From: a virus
Lineage: Duplodnaviria; Caudoviricetes
Strand: one strand, 5' to 3'
DNA length: 64,000 nt
IMG/VR virus record: IMGVR_UViG_3300005805_000065
Coordinates: 19,572-83,571 of that record
Both the position numbers and the translations under genes were made by a program. The notes under the pieces are model-generated. The model saw only the letters and a list, made by a program, of their open reading frames with translations, was not told where the DNA came from and made no database searches. Below, in pieces: positions 45,540 to 53,234 of this stretch (the first letter of the stretch is position 1; every line of letters begins with the position of its first letter).

Positions 45540-45592
45540 TGCGTTCCCCTTTCGTGGGAGTGTCGCACGAACCGTTCGTGCTGACATCTTCT

Positions 45593-45624
45593 ACTATACC
45601 TAGGCATTGGAAAAGTGTACTCAA
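45593..45624 (-). promoter_or_regulatory. cassette promoter (TTGAGT-20-TATAGT)
   Basis: Member of nine-copy motif. Confidence 0.75.
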
Positions 45625-45650
45625 CTGTTACATTAGCCCTGCCCAACCTT

Positions 45651-45691
45651 GCTGGTGTTCTAATTAGCTACGACGCTACTAGAACACCAGC
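45651..45691 (+). other. array-terminal hairpin (loop TACGAC)
   Basis: GCTGGTGTTCTA/TAGAACACCAGC 12-bp outer, TAGC/GCTA inner. Confidence 0.8.
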
Positions 45692-46028
45692 ATGTGAATT
45701 GACCGGGGGAGACAGACCAAATGGATCGATGTCTAAAATGTTAAGTAACAATGTAAAAATATATACTCAAATTTTTCACAGAATCGGGCGGGAAGAAAAA
45801 TGTCTCCACACATGAGAAACGCACCGAGCGAGAAAGCCCGATGCGCTCTCACCTATAACGGTCCCAAGCAAACGAGTTGCCAGTTACAGTATAAGTTGCG
45901 GGGTATAAAGTAAATAGTTATCTTCGTAAGGTATATAACAAAATAATTTATGCACATATGGTTTGAAAAAAATCGGGGGTTTAAGGATTTTCTCCAGATG
46001 TCGCAGACATTGTGTGTATAATGTCTAT

Positions 46029-46256
46029 ATGAACTTCCAAGAGTGGCTTGAATTGGGTATAAAAAACAATTGGTGCGGTCCTGCTGTGTGCTATACACAC
46101 GATGGAATGCCGGTATCGAAAGAAGAAGACGAGGAATTCGAGCGTGGCGAGGATCCGTGCATGCATGTTTTGCGGTTGTATGAAGATGTCGATATGAAAA
46201 ACAGCGTGGAAGAGTTCCATTCGCCTTCCGTATGGCGCAATTTACGGCACGATTAA
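46029..46256 (+). CDS. hypothetical phage protein
   Basis: MNFQEWL...WCGPAVCYTHDG...DPCMHVLRLY. Confidence 0.65.
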   Translation: MNFQEWLELGIKNNWCGPAVCYTHDGMPVSKEEDEEFERGEDPCMHVLRLYEDVDMKNSVEEFHSPSVWRNLRHD

Positions 46257-46372
46257 CGACTGTATTGGGCGCAAAATAGCTTTCCAAGCGCCACAAGTAA
46301 CTGTTTACAAGCATTTAAAATGCTTTAGAGCGATTTGTATCGGTTAGTATGCGTCTTTTTTCGCCACCGACC

Positions 46373-46966
46373 CTACGGGATCTGCTTTACGCCCTGTCGA
46401 AAGTTAATATTTAGGGCAAAACGGAAGGGATATTGCACCGGATTGCTGCCGGCGTGAAGCTGGGATCCATCAAACAGCACCCCCCGCCCCATTCTTGGCT
46501 CCACAGCGTCTGTAAGCTCGTATTTTTCGTTAAAGAAGTAAGTTGGACCATCTGAGTCGTTTATGTAATATAGAAAAACCTGGTGCGGGACCTTTCTTCC
46601 GTCATCATAAGCCATGTCTGTATGGGCAACCTGGGGCTGATATCTGTTATATCCGGGGTATGGGAAGGTAACATTGACTTTTACCCGAAATAAAGTGATT
46701 TCACCAAGCCAATTTTGTAACATATCAAAGATTGGTCGAATAATTTTAAGATGTGGGGAGGAATTCTCTTCGCCGTGCATGTACATAAAGTGAGTAAGCT
46801 GCTGCGGAGCGTGAACTTTGTCTTTTAACAGACTGTTTTCATCAAAAATGTGGGTTGGATAGATTCTGTAGGGCATTTTATTACTGCTTACATACTCATA
46901 GAGCTCTTTTTGCTCTTCTGGGGTAATAAAATTATTAACAACTTGCATTACTTCTCCCAATACCAC
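46373..46966 (-). CDS. 2OG-Fe(II) oxygenase-like protein
   Basis: HTD...LYYINDSDGPT...FDGSQLHAG...RFALN (HxD...H...R). Confidence 0.8.
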   Translation of the reverse strand: MVLGEVMQVVNNFITPEEQKELYEYVSSNKMPYRIYPTHIFDENSLLKDKVHAPQQLTHFMYMHGEENSSPHLKIIRPIFDMLQNWLGEITLFRVKVNVTFPYPGYNRYQPQVAHTDMAYDDGRKVPHQVFLYYINDSDGPTYFFNEKYELTDAVEPRMGRGVLFDGSQLHAGSNPVQYPFRFALNINFRQGVKQIP

Positions 46967-47667
46967 CGATTTGCACTTTCTTGATCATAAAAAGACTTTG
47001 GAGGCTCGCCCTCTGATGGCTTAGTGCTTTCATCTTGATTATTAACACCATAATCATACCTGTTATCATCTGATGTTATCCACTTCTCGCCATCTTCAAC
47101 ATCCCAAATTGTTTCATTAACCAATCTCTCAATAAGATTTTGACCTTTCTTTGAGGTATATGCGGGATCCCATAATCTAATTCTATTATTTGGCTGAATA
47201 GCATAGTTGCCATCTTCTCTTTGAATTACATGACCACATTTATGCTGCCCTGGATTTGTCGAATAACCAGTATTAATAAGATTACTATCTGGCTGATGCC
47301 AATCTAAGGTAAACATATACTTACCATTTACTGAATTATTATGTCTATCTCTATAAGTCATTGCTCGACCGCGCATGTGTTCAAAAATTGTAACACTGAT
47401 GTGAGATGAAAAGCTGTTCCACATCACAAGGTCGTATAGATCTACTTCAGGAGCGTCTGGGGAGGCACAGAAGGCATTTATAGGCGCTCTCCACCAAATC
47501 CCGCCATCTTCCATTAGAAAATGAAATACCGGTGCTCTATCGGGGATGGAGGCTACGCCAAAGATTACGCACGGAAATTTTAATTCGTGACTATCTATTT
47601 GATTGCGAAGAAAATTTCCACGCACATAACACTCAATTGGTGGAATAGAAGCGTTAAGCTCAGGCAT
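46948..47667 (-). CDS. hypothetical phage protein
   Basis: 239-aa ORF, coupled. Confidence 0.65.
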   Translation of the reverse strand: MPELNASIPPIECYVRGNFLRNQIDSHELKFPCVIFGVASIPDRAPVFHFLMEDGGIWWRAPINAFCASPDAPEVDLYDLVMWNSFSSHISVTIFEHMRGRAMTYRDRHNNSVNGKYMFTLDWHQPDSNLINTGYSTNPGQHKCGHVIQREDGNYAIQPNNRIRLWDPAYTSKKGQNLIERLVNETIWDVEDGEKWITSDDNRYDYGVNNQDESTKPSEGEPPKSFYDQESANRWYWEK

Positions 47668-48064
47668 TATTCTTTCTGCGCTTCTCTAGAAGCTGAAAGT
47701 CTTTTACCTTTGTTTCACCCATATAGTTCCAAGCGTAGCCTTCCTTGATTAAAATTTCGTTAACCGACAATTTACCATCATCAATAAACAGCCAGCCAAG
47801 AATTCTACCGTACTTTTCTGTGGAGTCCGGTTTTTCTGTTCTAATAACAATTTTATTTGCACTCTTTAAAAGATCGCTTAGTTTTTCTTTCACCTCAAGA
47901 CCTAGTTTTTTTTCGTGAATATCCTTGGTTCTTGATTCTGGGGTGTCAATTCCAGCCAAACGAACTCTTTGAAAAAAAGAAATATTAAACCCCAAATCAA
48001 TATCAACATCAATGGTATCCCCATCAACAACTTTGTACACTTTCTTAATTTTATATTCGTACAT
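47660..48064 (-). CDS. thermonuclease (SNase-like)
   Basis: VVDGDTIDV, VRLAGIDTPE, KYGRILG, LIKEGYA. Confidence 0.9.
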   Translation of the reverse strand: MYEYKIKKVYKVVDGDTIDVDIDLGFNISFFQRVRLAGIDTPESRTKDIHEKKLGLEVKEKLSDLLKSANKIVIRTEKPDSTEKYGRILGWLFIDDGKLSVNEILIKEGYAWNYMGETKVKDFQLLEKRRKNNA

Positions 48065-48084
48065 AATGGTAAATTATACCATAG

Positions 48085-48157
48085 TGCGCCCTGTAGGGAT
48101 CGAACCTACGACCAAAGAATTATGAGTTCTCCGCTCTAACCACTGAGCTAAAGGCGC
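48085..48157 (-). tRNA. tRNA with CAU anticodon (Ile2 or Met)
   Basis: GCGCCTT/AGGGCGC acceptor, GAGAA-CTCATAA-TTCTT; overall pattern resembles tRNA-Ile2. Confidence 0.9.
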
Positions 48158-48203
48158 TGGTAGCGATGCAAATAGTTGACACCTATAGCAACTATCTGTA
48201 TTG

Positions 48204-48276
48204 CTGGCTAGGTAGGGCTCGAACCTACGACCCACGGATTAACAGTCCGTTGCTCTGCCAACTGAGCTACTAGCCA
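48204..48276 (-). tRNA. tRNA-Asn(GUU)
   Basis: TGGCTAG/CTAGCCA acceptor, ACGGA-CTGTTAA-TCCGT. Confidence 0.95.
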
Positions 48277-48280
48277 ATAT

Positions 48281-48877
48281 TTAACCAATCAATGTTTTTA
48301 ATGCGTACTTTACAATGCCATAATTTGGTTTATCACTATTTGAACTGAGGAGTATGTAATTATCTTTTAGTAGGTCATCAATCTTACGCCGATTCTTTTC
48401 TGAATGGTATTCAATAAGATACACTGCTGGGTTGTGCTTGTAGGATTGTAAAATTTCTATTTCAGAACCTTCGGTATCAATTTTCATAATATGACATGCC
48501 GGTAATTCAGATGCTGTTATTACATCAACTTCTTCTCCATTATAAGTTTGCTGATTACCTCTATACAAACTAGCTTCGCCAATATTATTTTTACCATAAA
48601 ATATTTTTTGTTTTCCATCATTTGCACTAACTGCAACATTAAACAATTGCACATTTTTCATATCAGCAGTATTCTGTTTTAAAATTTCAAAATTTGATTT
48701 AACTGGTTCAAAGCAAACAATTTGACTGTTCGCCCATCTTGCGTTTGCCCATCTTGCAAATGCTCCAATATTTGCACCCACATCAAAAATTACAGGACTT
48801 TCTGATGCAAATGGAACTTCATATTCTCCGGCAAAAATTTTTTGAATATGACCAAGCATATTTTCTGGAATGTGCAT
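48281..48877 (-). CDS. FkbM-family methyltransferase
   Basis: IFDVGANIG, CFEP, MKIDTEGSE. Confidence 0.88.
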   Translation of the reverse strand: MHIPENMLGHIQKIFAGEYEVPFASESPVIFDVGANIGAFARWANARWANSQIVCFEPVKSNFEILKQNTADMKNVQLFNVAVSANDGKQKIFYGKNNIGEASLYRGNQQTYNGEEVDVITASELPACHIMKIDTEGSEIEILQSYKHNPAVYLIEYHSEKNRRKIDDLLKDNYILLSSNSDKPNYGIVKYALKTLIG

Positions 48878-48889
48878 AAATCTCCTTCG

Positions 48890-48961
48890 AGCCCGATGTA
48901 GGAATTGAACCTACGACCACTCGCTTACAAGGCGAGAGCTCTACCTCTGAGCTAATCGGGC
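48890..48961 (-). tRNA. tRNA-Thr(UGU)
   Basis: GCCCGAT/ATCGGGC acceptor, CTCGC-CTTGTAA-GCGAG. Confidence 0.95.
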
Positions 48962-49411
48962 AGGCTTCTTTTTTTTAACTTTGTTTTTTTTATTTGGCAT
49001 TTTTGGAAGAGGCATCGTTGGTGCAATAATATCAGACAGTCGATCTATAATTCTTTCTGTTTGATATTCCATTGCATTAATAGTTGCTTGAATAATTTTT
49101 CTTCCGTGAACATCTTCTTCAAATGGCTCCATTACCTGTGTTGCTGATTCCGTAATCGGAGACATATAGCAATGCAGCAATTCATGAACAATTGTATTTC
49201 TTAAAATCTCTGGTTTTTCTTTTTTATAATTTTTATTTAAAGATATTGTCGCTAAATGCTGACCATAAACAATATCACATTCACCAAGAGAATCATTTGG
49301 GCAAGGCTTTTCGTTTAAATCAATTTTCCATTCAACTAAATTTATTTTTCTTTTTACAATTTGAACATAAGAATTAATCCATGGTTCTATATGATCATTC
49401 TTTTGTTTCAT
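48941..49411 (-). CDS. HEXXH metallopeptidase-like protein
   Basis: TIVHELLHCY; 3' end overlaps tRNA-Thr 5' end. Confidence 0.65.
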   Translation of the reverse strand: MKQKNDHIEPWINSYVQIVKRKINLVEWKIDLNEKPCPNDSLGECDIVYGQHLATISLNKNYKKEKPEILRNTIVHELLHCYMSPITESATQVMEPFEEDVHGRKIIQATINAMEYQTERIIDRLSDIIAPTMPLPKMPNKKNKVKKKKPARLAQR

Positions 49412-49794
49412 TAATATACACCGTCTATTATTTCAAAACCGTGCTCTCTATCAAAGACTATATACTGATATTCAATCATATCAAAAAACTTTTGTATTTC
49501 ATTTAAAACAACTGGGACATTTAATTCAGAACATGTGTAAAGATCAAACTGCAGCAACCCCGGTGACTGCTCATCCCAAACATGAAATGCAATGTGCGAA
49601 GTTTCAATCATTACTGTAGCAGTTGTACCACGATTCCCTGGCGCTTCTACATATGAAACAAATGGACCTCGAATAATTTTCATATTAATTTTTGCAACAA
49701 GGTGCTTTAACCAGTTGTATGTTATTTCACTATCAGTAGGTGGTCTATGACAGTGACCTCTGAGTAATAAATGTTTATGTATTGGCTTTTTCAT
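49411..49794 (-). CDS. speD: S-adenosylmethionine decarboxylase (prokaryotic type proenzyme)
   Basis: MIETSHIAFHVWDE pyruvoyl self-cleavage motif, FDLYTC. Confidence 0.85.
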   Translation of the reverse strand: MKKPIHKHLLLRGHCHRPPTDSEITYNWLKHLVAKINMKIIRGPFVSYVEAPGNRGTTATVMIETSHIAFHVWDEQSPGLLQFDLYTCSELNVPVVLNEIQKFFDMIEYQYIVFDREHGFEIIDGVY

Positions 49795-50392
49795 AATTCT
49801 CCTGAAGTGGCAACATGAATGTCCCTTCTAACCACATTAATGCAATAATTGAATATCCAATTATATCTAGGAAAGTATCATAAATACTTTCGCCAGGGAC
49901 TGCATTTTGCATATTTTCTTTTTGGACAATATTTTCTGCTCTTGCAATTTTATCGTGAATTCTAATAACTAAACCGGTAATCGCAAACATTGCAATATTA
50001 TTGTGTCCATAATCTTTTTGTTTTTTAATTACAGTATCAATAACATATTGAATATCTATATCTGTATTAAAATAATTTTTAATAGCCTTTATTGCATTAA
50101 AAGACATTGCAATCCAAAGTTCTTTATGATGATACAAATCTCTTTCATCATTTATTGTAACTTTATCAAGATATAAATCAGATTTAATATAGTGATCAAT
50201 TATTGATCTTAAATTTTCAATTTCCAGTCTTTCATTTTGAATATATACTAAATGTTTATTAAATGGATATGTTAAATAAAAATTATACATTCTCCAAATA
50301 TGATTTGCGGCTGCTTCTGCCGCGTGCTCCCAGATGGCGGGTTTCTTGGTAGTGTAAATAGGAAGGGTGTGAATACCTTGAGACACACCACC
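49775..50392 (-). CDS. DUF1599 / nucleotide-modification-associated domain 1 (Nmad1)-like protein (start uncertain, ORF extends to 50569)
   Basis: KKQKDYG..NI...GLVIRIHDKIAR..N...ESIYDTFLDIIGYSII. Confidence 0.7.
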   Translation of the reverse strand, partial: GGVSQGIHTLPIYTTKKPAIWEHAAEAAANHIWRMYNFYLTYPFNKHLVYIQNERLEIENLRSIIDHYIKSDLYLDKVTINDERDLYHHKELWIAMSFNAIKAIKNYFNTDIDIQYVIDTVIKKQKDYGHNNIAMFAITGLVIRIHDKIARAENIVQKENMQNAVPGESIYDTFLDIIGYSIIALMWLEGTFMLPLQENYEKANT

Positions 50393-50405
50393 TGGGAGCA
50401 ACATA

Positions 50406-50891
50406 TCAGCCCTCTCTAGTTCTTTCTGCTTCGGGGTTAAGAATTTCAAACTGCCCTCTGCCTGTCTTTCTAAAGAAGTGCCTGTTGGCATTATAGAAGT
50501 TATAGAAAGTTGGTAAAGAAATTTGCACTTCCTCGGAAACTTTTGCCGGAGTAACAATCTGACCAACATTCTGCTTTAAGTAAGTTGTAATAACTTCCTT
50601 CTTGGAACGAGTCTTATTCACTTTTGAACCTCCTTTCTGTTTAAAACCAAATACAGCCCATGCCTTATTAGCAAGATCAGTGTTTAGATTATAGTAAGTA
50701 ACAATCTTGGGTAGAGCCCAATTTTTATGAAAGCCATAAAAAACAGAACTACCAGTTCTCTCCATTTCTGGTATTGAGAGATCTAACTTTGCAATGAAGG
50801 TGTCGTAAAGAGATTCGAGCTCCTTAAATGGTATTTTATACTGACTTTCTTCTTCTTGAGGAATATTGTTTTCACTTGTCATGGTACACAT
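50406..50891 (-). CDS. hypothetical protein, possible C-terminal winged HTH
   Basis: VTPAKVSEEVQISLPTFYNFY. Confidence 0.55.
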   Translation of the reverse strand: MCTMTSENNIPQEEESQYKIPFKELESLYDTFIAKLDLSIPEMERTGSSVFYGFHKNWALPKIVTYYNLNTDLANKAWAVFGFKQKGGSKVNKTRSKKEVITTYLKQNVGQIVTPAKVSEEVQISLPTFYNFYNANRHFFRKTGRGQFEILNPEAERTREG

Positions 50892-51008
50892 CGTAGCACA
50901 TTTTATAAATGTTATTTATAAATACCGAAACAATTTAAAAAACAACCAGCCCCCACACCGCAAATAACTGTTAAGAATATTTGCAGCCAAGAGCTGGTTG
51001 TTTAAAAA

Positions 51009-51242
51009 TTATTTTTTCTTAGATTTAGTCTTTGTTGTTGTGTGGTCTAGGGAAATATGAGAATCAATTTTTTCTTCAACATGATCAATTTTTGTTTCAA
51101 CATGATGAACATCTTTGTGAAGGTCAATAAGCTTTTCCATAACCTTACCATGATCTTCTTTATTCTCTTCCCTGCTTTTCTGAACTAGAACAGCAAGTAC
51201 ACCGCCAATTGCAGTAATAACTGCTACAATTATGGCTTCCAT
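51009..51242 (-). CDS. small membrane protein with coiled coil
   Basis: N-terminal TM then heptad-like region. Confidence 0.6.
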   Translation of the reverse strand: MEAIIVAVITAIGGVLAVLVQKSREENKEDHGKVMEKLIDLHKDVHHVETKIDHVEEKIDSHISLDHTTTKTKSKKK

Positions 51243-51602
51243 TTACTTTGCCATTAAAAATTCAGCAATTACATTTGTGTCAATATCAAACTTGCCATGC
51301 TTTTCTTCAAAAGCAGAAAGCGCAGCAACAAGATCTTCTTTCTTTACAGCTACGCCGTCACCATCAACTTCAGTCGCTGTTGGGGCTGACGATGCTGGCT
51401 CGCCTGTGCTACCGGTATCAGAACCGCTAATTGTTTGCTTTGTTTCTGTAAGCATAAAGGTTACATCCTTTACTGCCTTTGAAAGAACATCAACTTGCTC
51501 TTGGTGATAAGCGGCTGCAGCAAGTGCTTCCTTCAACAAGAACTGATGCTTTAAAATCATTTTCTCAGCGTTATCTACTGGAATCTTAATTGTCTTACTC
51601 AT
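51243..51602 (-). CDS. hypothetical protein
   Basis: AGGAGG RBS before MSKTIK. Confidence 0.65.
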   Translation of the reverse strand: MSKTIKIPVDNAEKMILKHQFLLKEALAAAAYHQEQVDVLSKAVKDVTFMLTETKQTISGSDTGSTGEPASSAPTATEVDGDGVAVKKEDLVAALSAFEEKHGKFDIDTNVIAEFLMAK

Positions 51603-51643
51603 AAAACCTCCTACGGTATTAATCAATTGTACCAGAAAGCGAA

Positions 51644-52648
51644 TTAATCTTCGCCTTCCTCGTCTTCTTCTTCATCGTTTTCCATTTCAACCACACCATC
51701 GGGGATGATAGCAAAACGACACTTTCCTTCAGGCTCAACTGCTTGCGCTATAATTTTGCAAACACCTTCGCCTTTATATAATACACAATTAGCACATTTT
51801 ACGCCAATATCGGCAACATCGTTCTCTTCGGCTGGCTCATACCCAGCCCACACGCCAATTTCATCTTCATTAAACTTGCCATATTTTTCAGTTAAAGCTA
51901 TTAACATATCTGCAAGAAGCGCCTCCTGCTGGTCCAGGTCTTCTGCAACTTTATTAATTTCCGCGAGGCTCTTTGACACCACTCTGTAGCCACCACCTCG
52001 TCTTTTATATTCTCTAACCAACCAGGCATTTGCATATGCCGATGGGTAGACATCAAATTTACGTTTAGCCTCAGCCTTTACCCTTGCATACAGAGACGGA
52101 TCGGTTGGGACATTTCTTTTTTCTATTTTCTCTGTGGGGACATTAATTGGCTTTTGTCCATCTCTGCGCTGAGTGGACTCTGCCCTTCTTTTTCTACGAA
52201 TTGCAGATTGACGTTGAGATTCCGACATCCTCGCCGCCCTTGAGGCTGGGACACACTTTGGATACTTACCGGTACTGGCATCTGCTCTACCACATGGCTC
52301 AAATCCACCACCAGGCTTTGGTCTTGAAATATCGACCCATCTTTCTCTAAACCAGGTGTCAAGATTTTTTTTAACTTCTTCCGGAAGAGAGAGCATTTTC
52401 TTTTTTTTCTTTTTTGATCTCGAGTATCCTTGCTGCGGGTTCTTTATTCCAGAACCCATTGACCCAGTAGTAACTTCGCCTTCTTTTTCCATATAGCCAG
52501 CGGCATATGCAGCAGCAGCTTGAGACTCAGCTTTCCTTCTTGCCTCGTTTTTTGAAGACTCATTGCCTTCTGTATATGTATAGCATTTACCGCTATCGCC
52601 CCATTTGAAACCAGGCTTTCCATTTGATGAGCATGAATTTATAGGCAT
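51644..52648 (-). CDS. multi-module hypothetical protein (CGR/KYPKC module, DUF5872-like module, HiPIP-like Cys module)
   Basis: GKPGFKWGDSGKCY; WFRERWVD..CGR..KYPKC; YPSAYANAWLVREYKRRGG; CANCVLY...C...C. Confidence 0.7.
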   Translation of the reverse strand: MPINSCSSNGKPGFKWGDSGKCYTYTEGNESSKNEARRKAESQAAAAYAAGYMEKEGEVTTGSMGSGIKNPQQGYSRSKKKKKKMLSLPEEVKKNLDTWFRERWVDISRPKPGGGFEPCGRADASTGKYPKCVPASRAARMSESQRQSAIRRKRRAESTQRRDGQKPINVPTEKIEKRNVPTDPSLYARVKAEAKRKFDVYPSAYANAWLVREYKRRGGGYRVVSKSLAEINKVAEDLDQQEALLADMLIALTEKYGKFNEDEIGVWAGYEPAEENDVADIGVKCANCVLYKGEGVCKIIAQAVEPEGKCRFAIIPDGVVEMENDEEEDEEGED

Positions 52649-52666
52649 ACTTATTATATTCTACCA

Positions 52667-53008
52667 CTACTTGTAGTAGCTAACCAAATCGTCTTGCTCC
52701 CATCTATAGACCGGCATGCTAACATCATGAAACGCTGCATAAGCATCATCTGATGAGTAGTATATCCTTGCGTAGGCTTTTCTTACATTCTCATCGTAGA
52801 CCGGGCAATCTGGGTTTGGATCTAGATATAACGCCTTATATTGATACTTATCTGTTGTTAAATGAATTGCCTGAACCACCTTAAGCTTTTTCATACAAAA
52901 AGGGCAGATTTTTTCTGGATATGGGAAGTCTTTAATTACACCACCAAGAATATGACCATGATTGATAAGATTAGTATACTTATTCATCATCTTCATTCTC
53001 GTCTTCAT
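52667..53008 (-). CDS. hypothetical protein (start probably 52987)
   Basis: CPFC motif. Confidence 0.55.
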   Translation of the reverse strand: MKTRMKMMNKYTNLINHGHILGGVIKDFPYPEKICPFCMKKLKVVQAIHLTTDKYQYKALYLDPNPDCPVYDENVRKAYARIYYSSDDAYAAFHDVSMPVYRWEQDDLVSYYK

Positions 53009-53234
53009 GGTTTAATATAAAAGCAATAATTTGATCAACAGACCTTTTTGCTATTTCAACACCGTCCATCAAGCAATTCATTTCGTCTAAAGACATTGGG
53101 TATTCTTCTTCCGGGCTCTGAATAAAAAATGCCGGGACATATGATCCCTCAAACGGAACCGCTTTTATTATTATCGATAAGCTCTCAATATCTTCTAAAT
53201 TTTGATCACTATCGTAAGGTATAATTCTCATCAC
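52980..53234 (-). CDS. hypothetical acidic protein
   Basis: Coupled ORF. Confidence 0.55.
   Translation of the reverse strand: MMRIIPYDSDQNLEDIESLSIIIKAVPFEGSYVPAFFIQSPEEEYPMSLDEMNCLMDGVEIAKRSVDQIIAFILNHEDENEDDE

Larger units (their letters stand above)
41158..45691 (-). repeat. array of 12 conserved intergenic modules (dyad promoter + TANNC hairpin, mostly with terminator) delimiting 9 gene cassettes
   Basis: Core (A)TTG(A/G)(G/A)AA(T/A)GTGTA(C/T)TCAAC repeated nine times plus three degenerate copies, each with a hairpin at fixed distance. Confidence 0.9.

Noticed and set aside
41158-45691. Classical integron (attC) array or CRISPR
   Set aside because: No RYYYAAC/GTTRRRY boxes at the hairpin ends and no integrase in the window. 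Every cassette has its own promoter and terminator, and the 'spacers' are whole genes.
45749-45771. Possible 13th degenerate dyad (AATGTAAAAATATATACTCAA)
   Set aside because: The right half matches, but there is no TANNNT at 20 bp and no TANNC hairpin 44-45 bp away. Too weak to count.
41455-45815. Plus-strand and alternative-frame ORFs in the GC-rich island (e.g. 41860-42237, 42995-43333, 43985-44338, 44738-45181)
   Set aside because: They are shadows of minus-strand genes in GC-rich DNA, lack RBSs and run through terminators and promoters.
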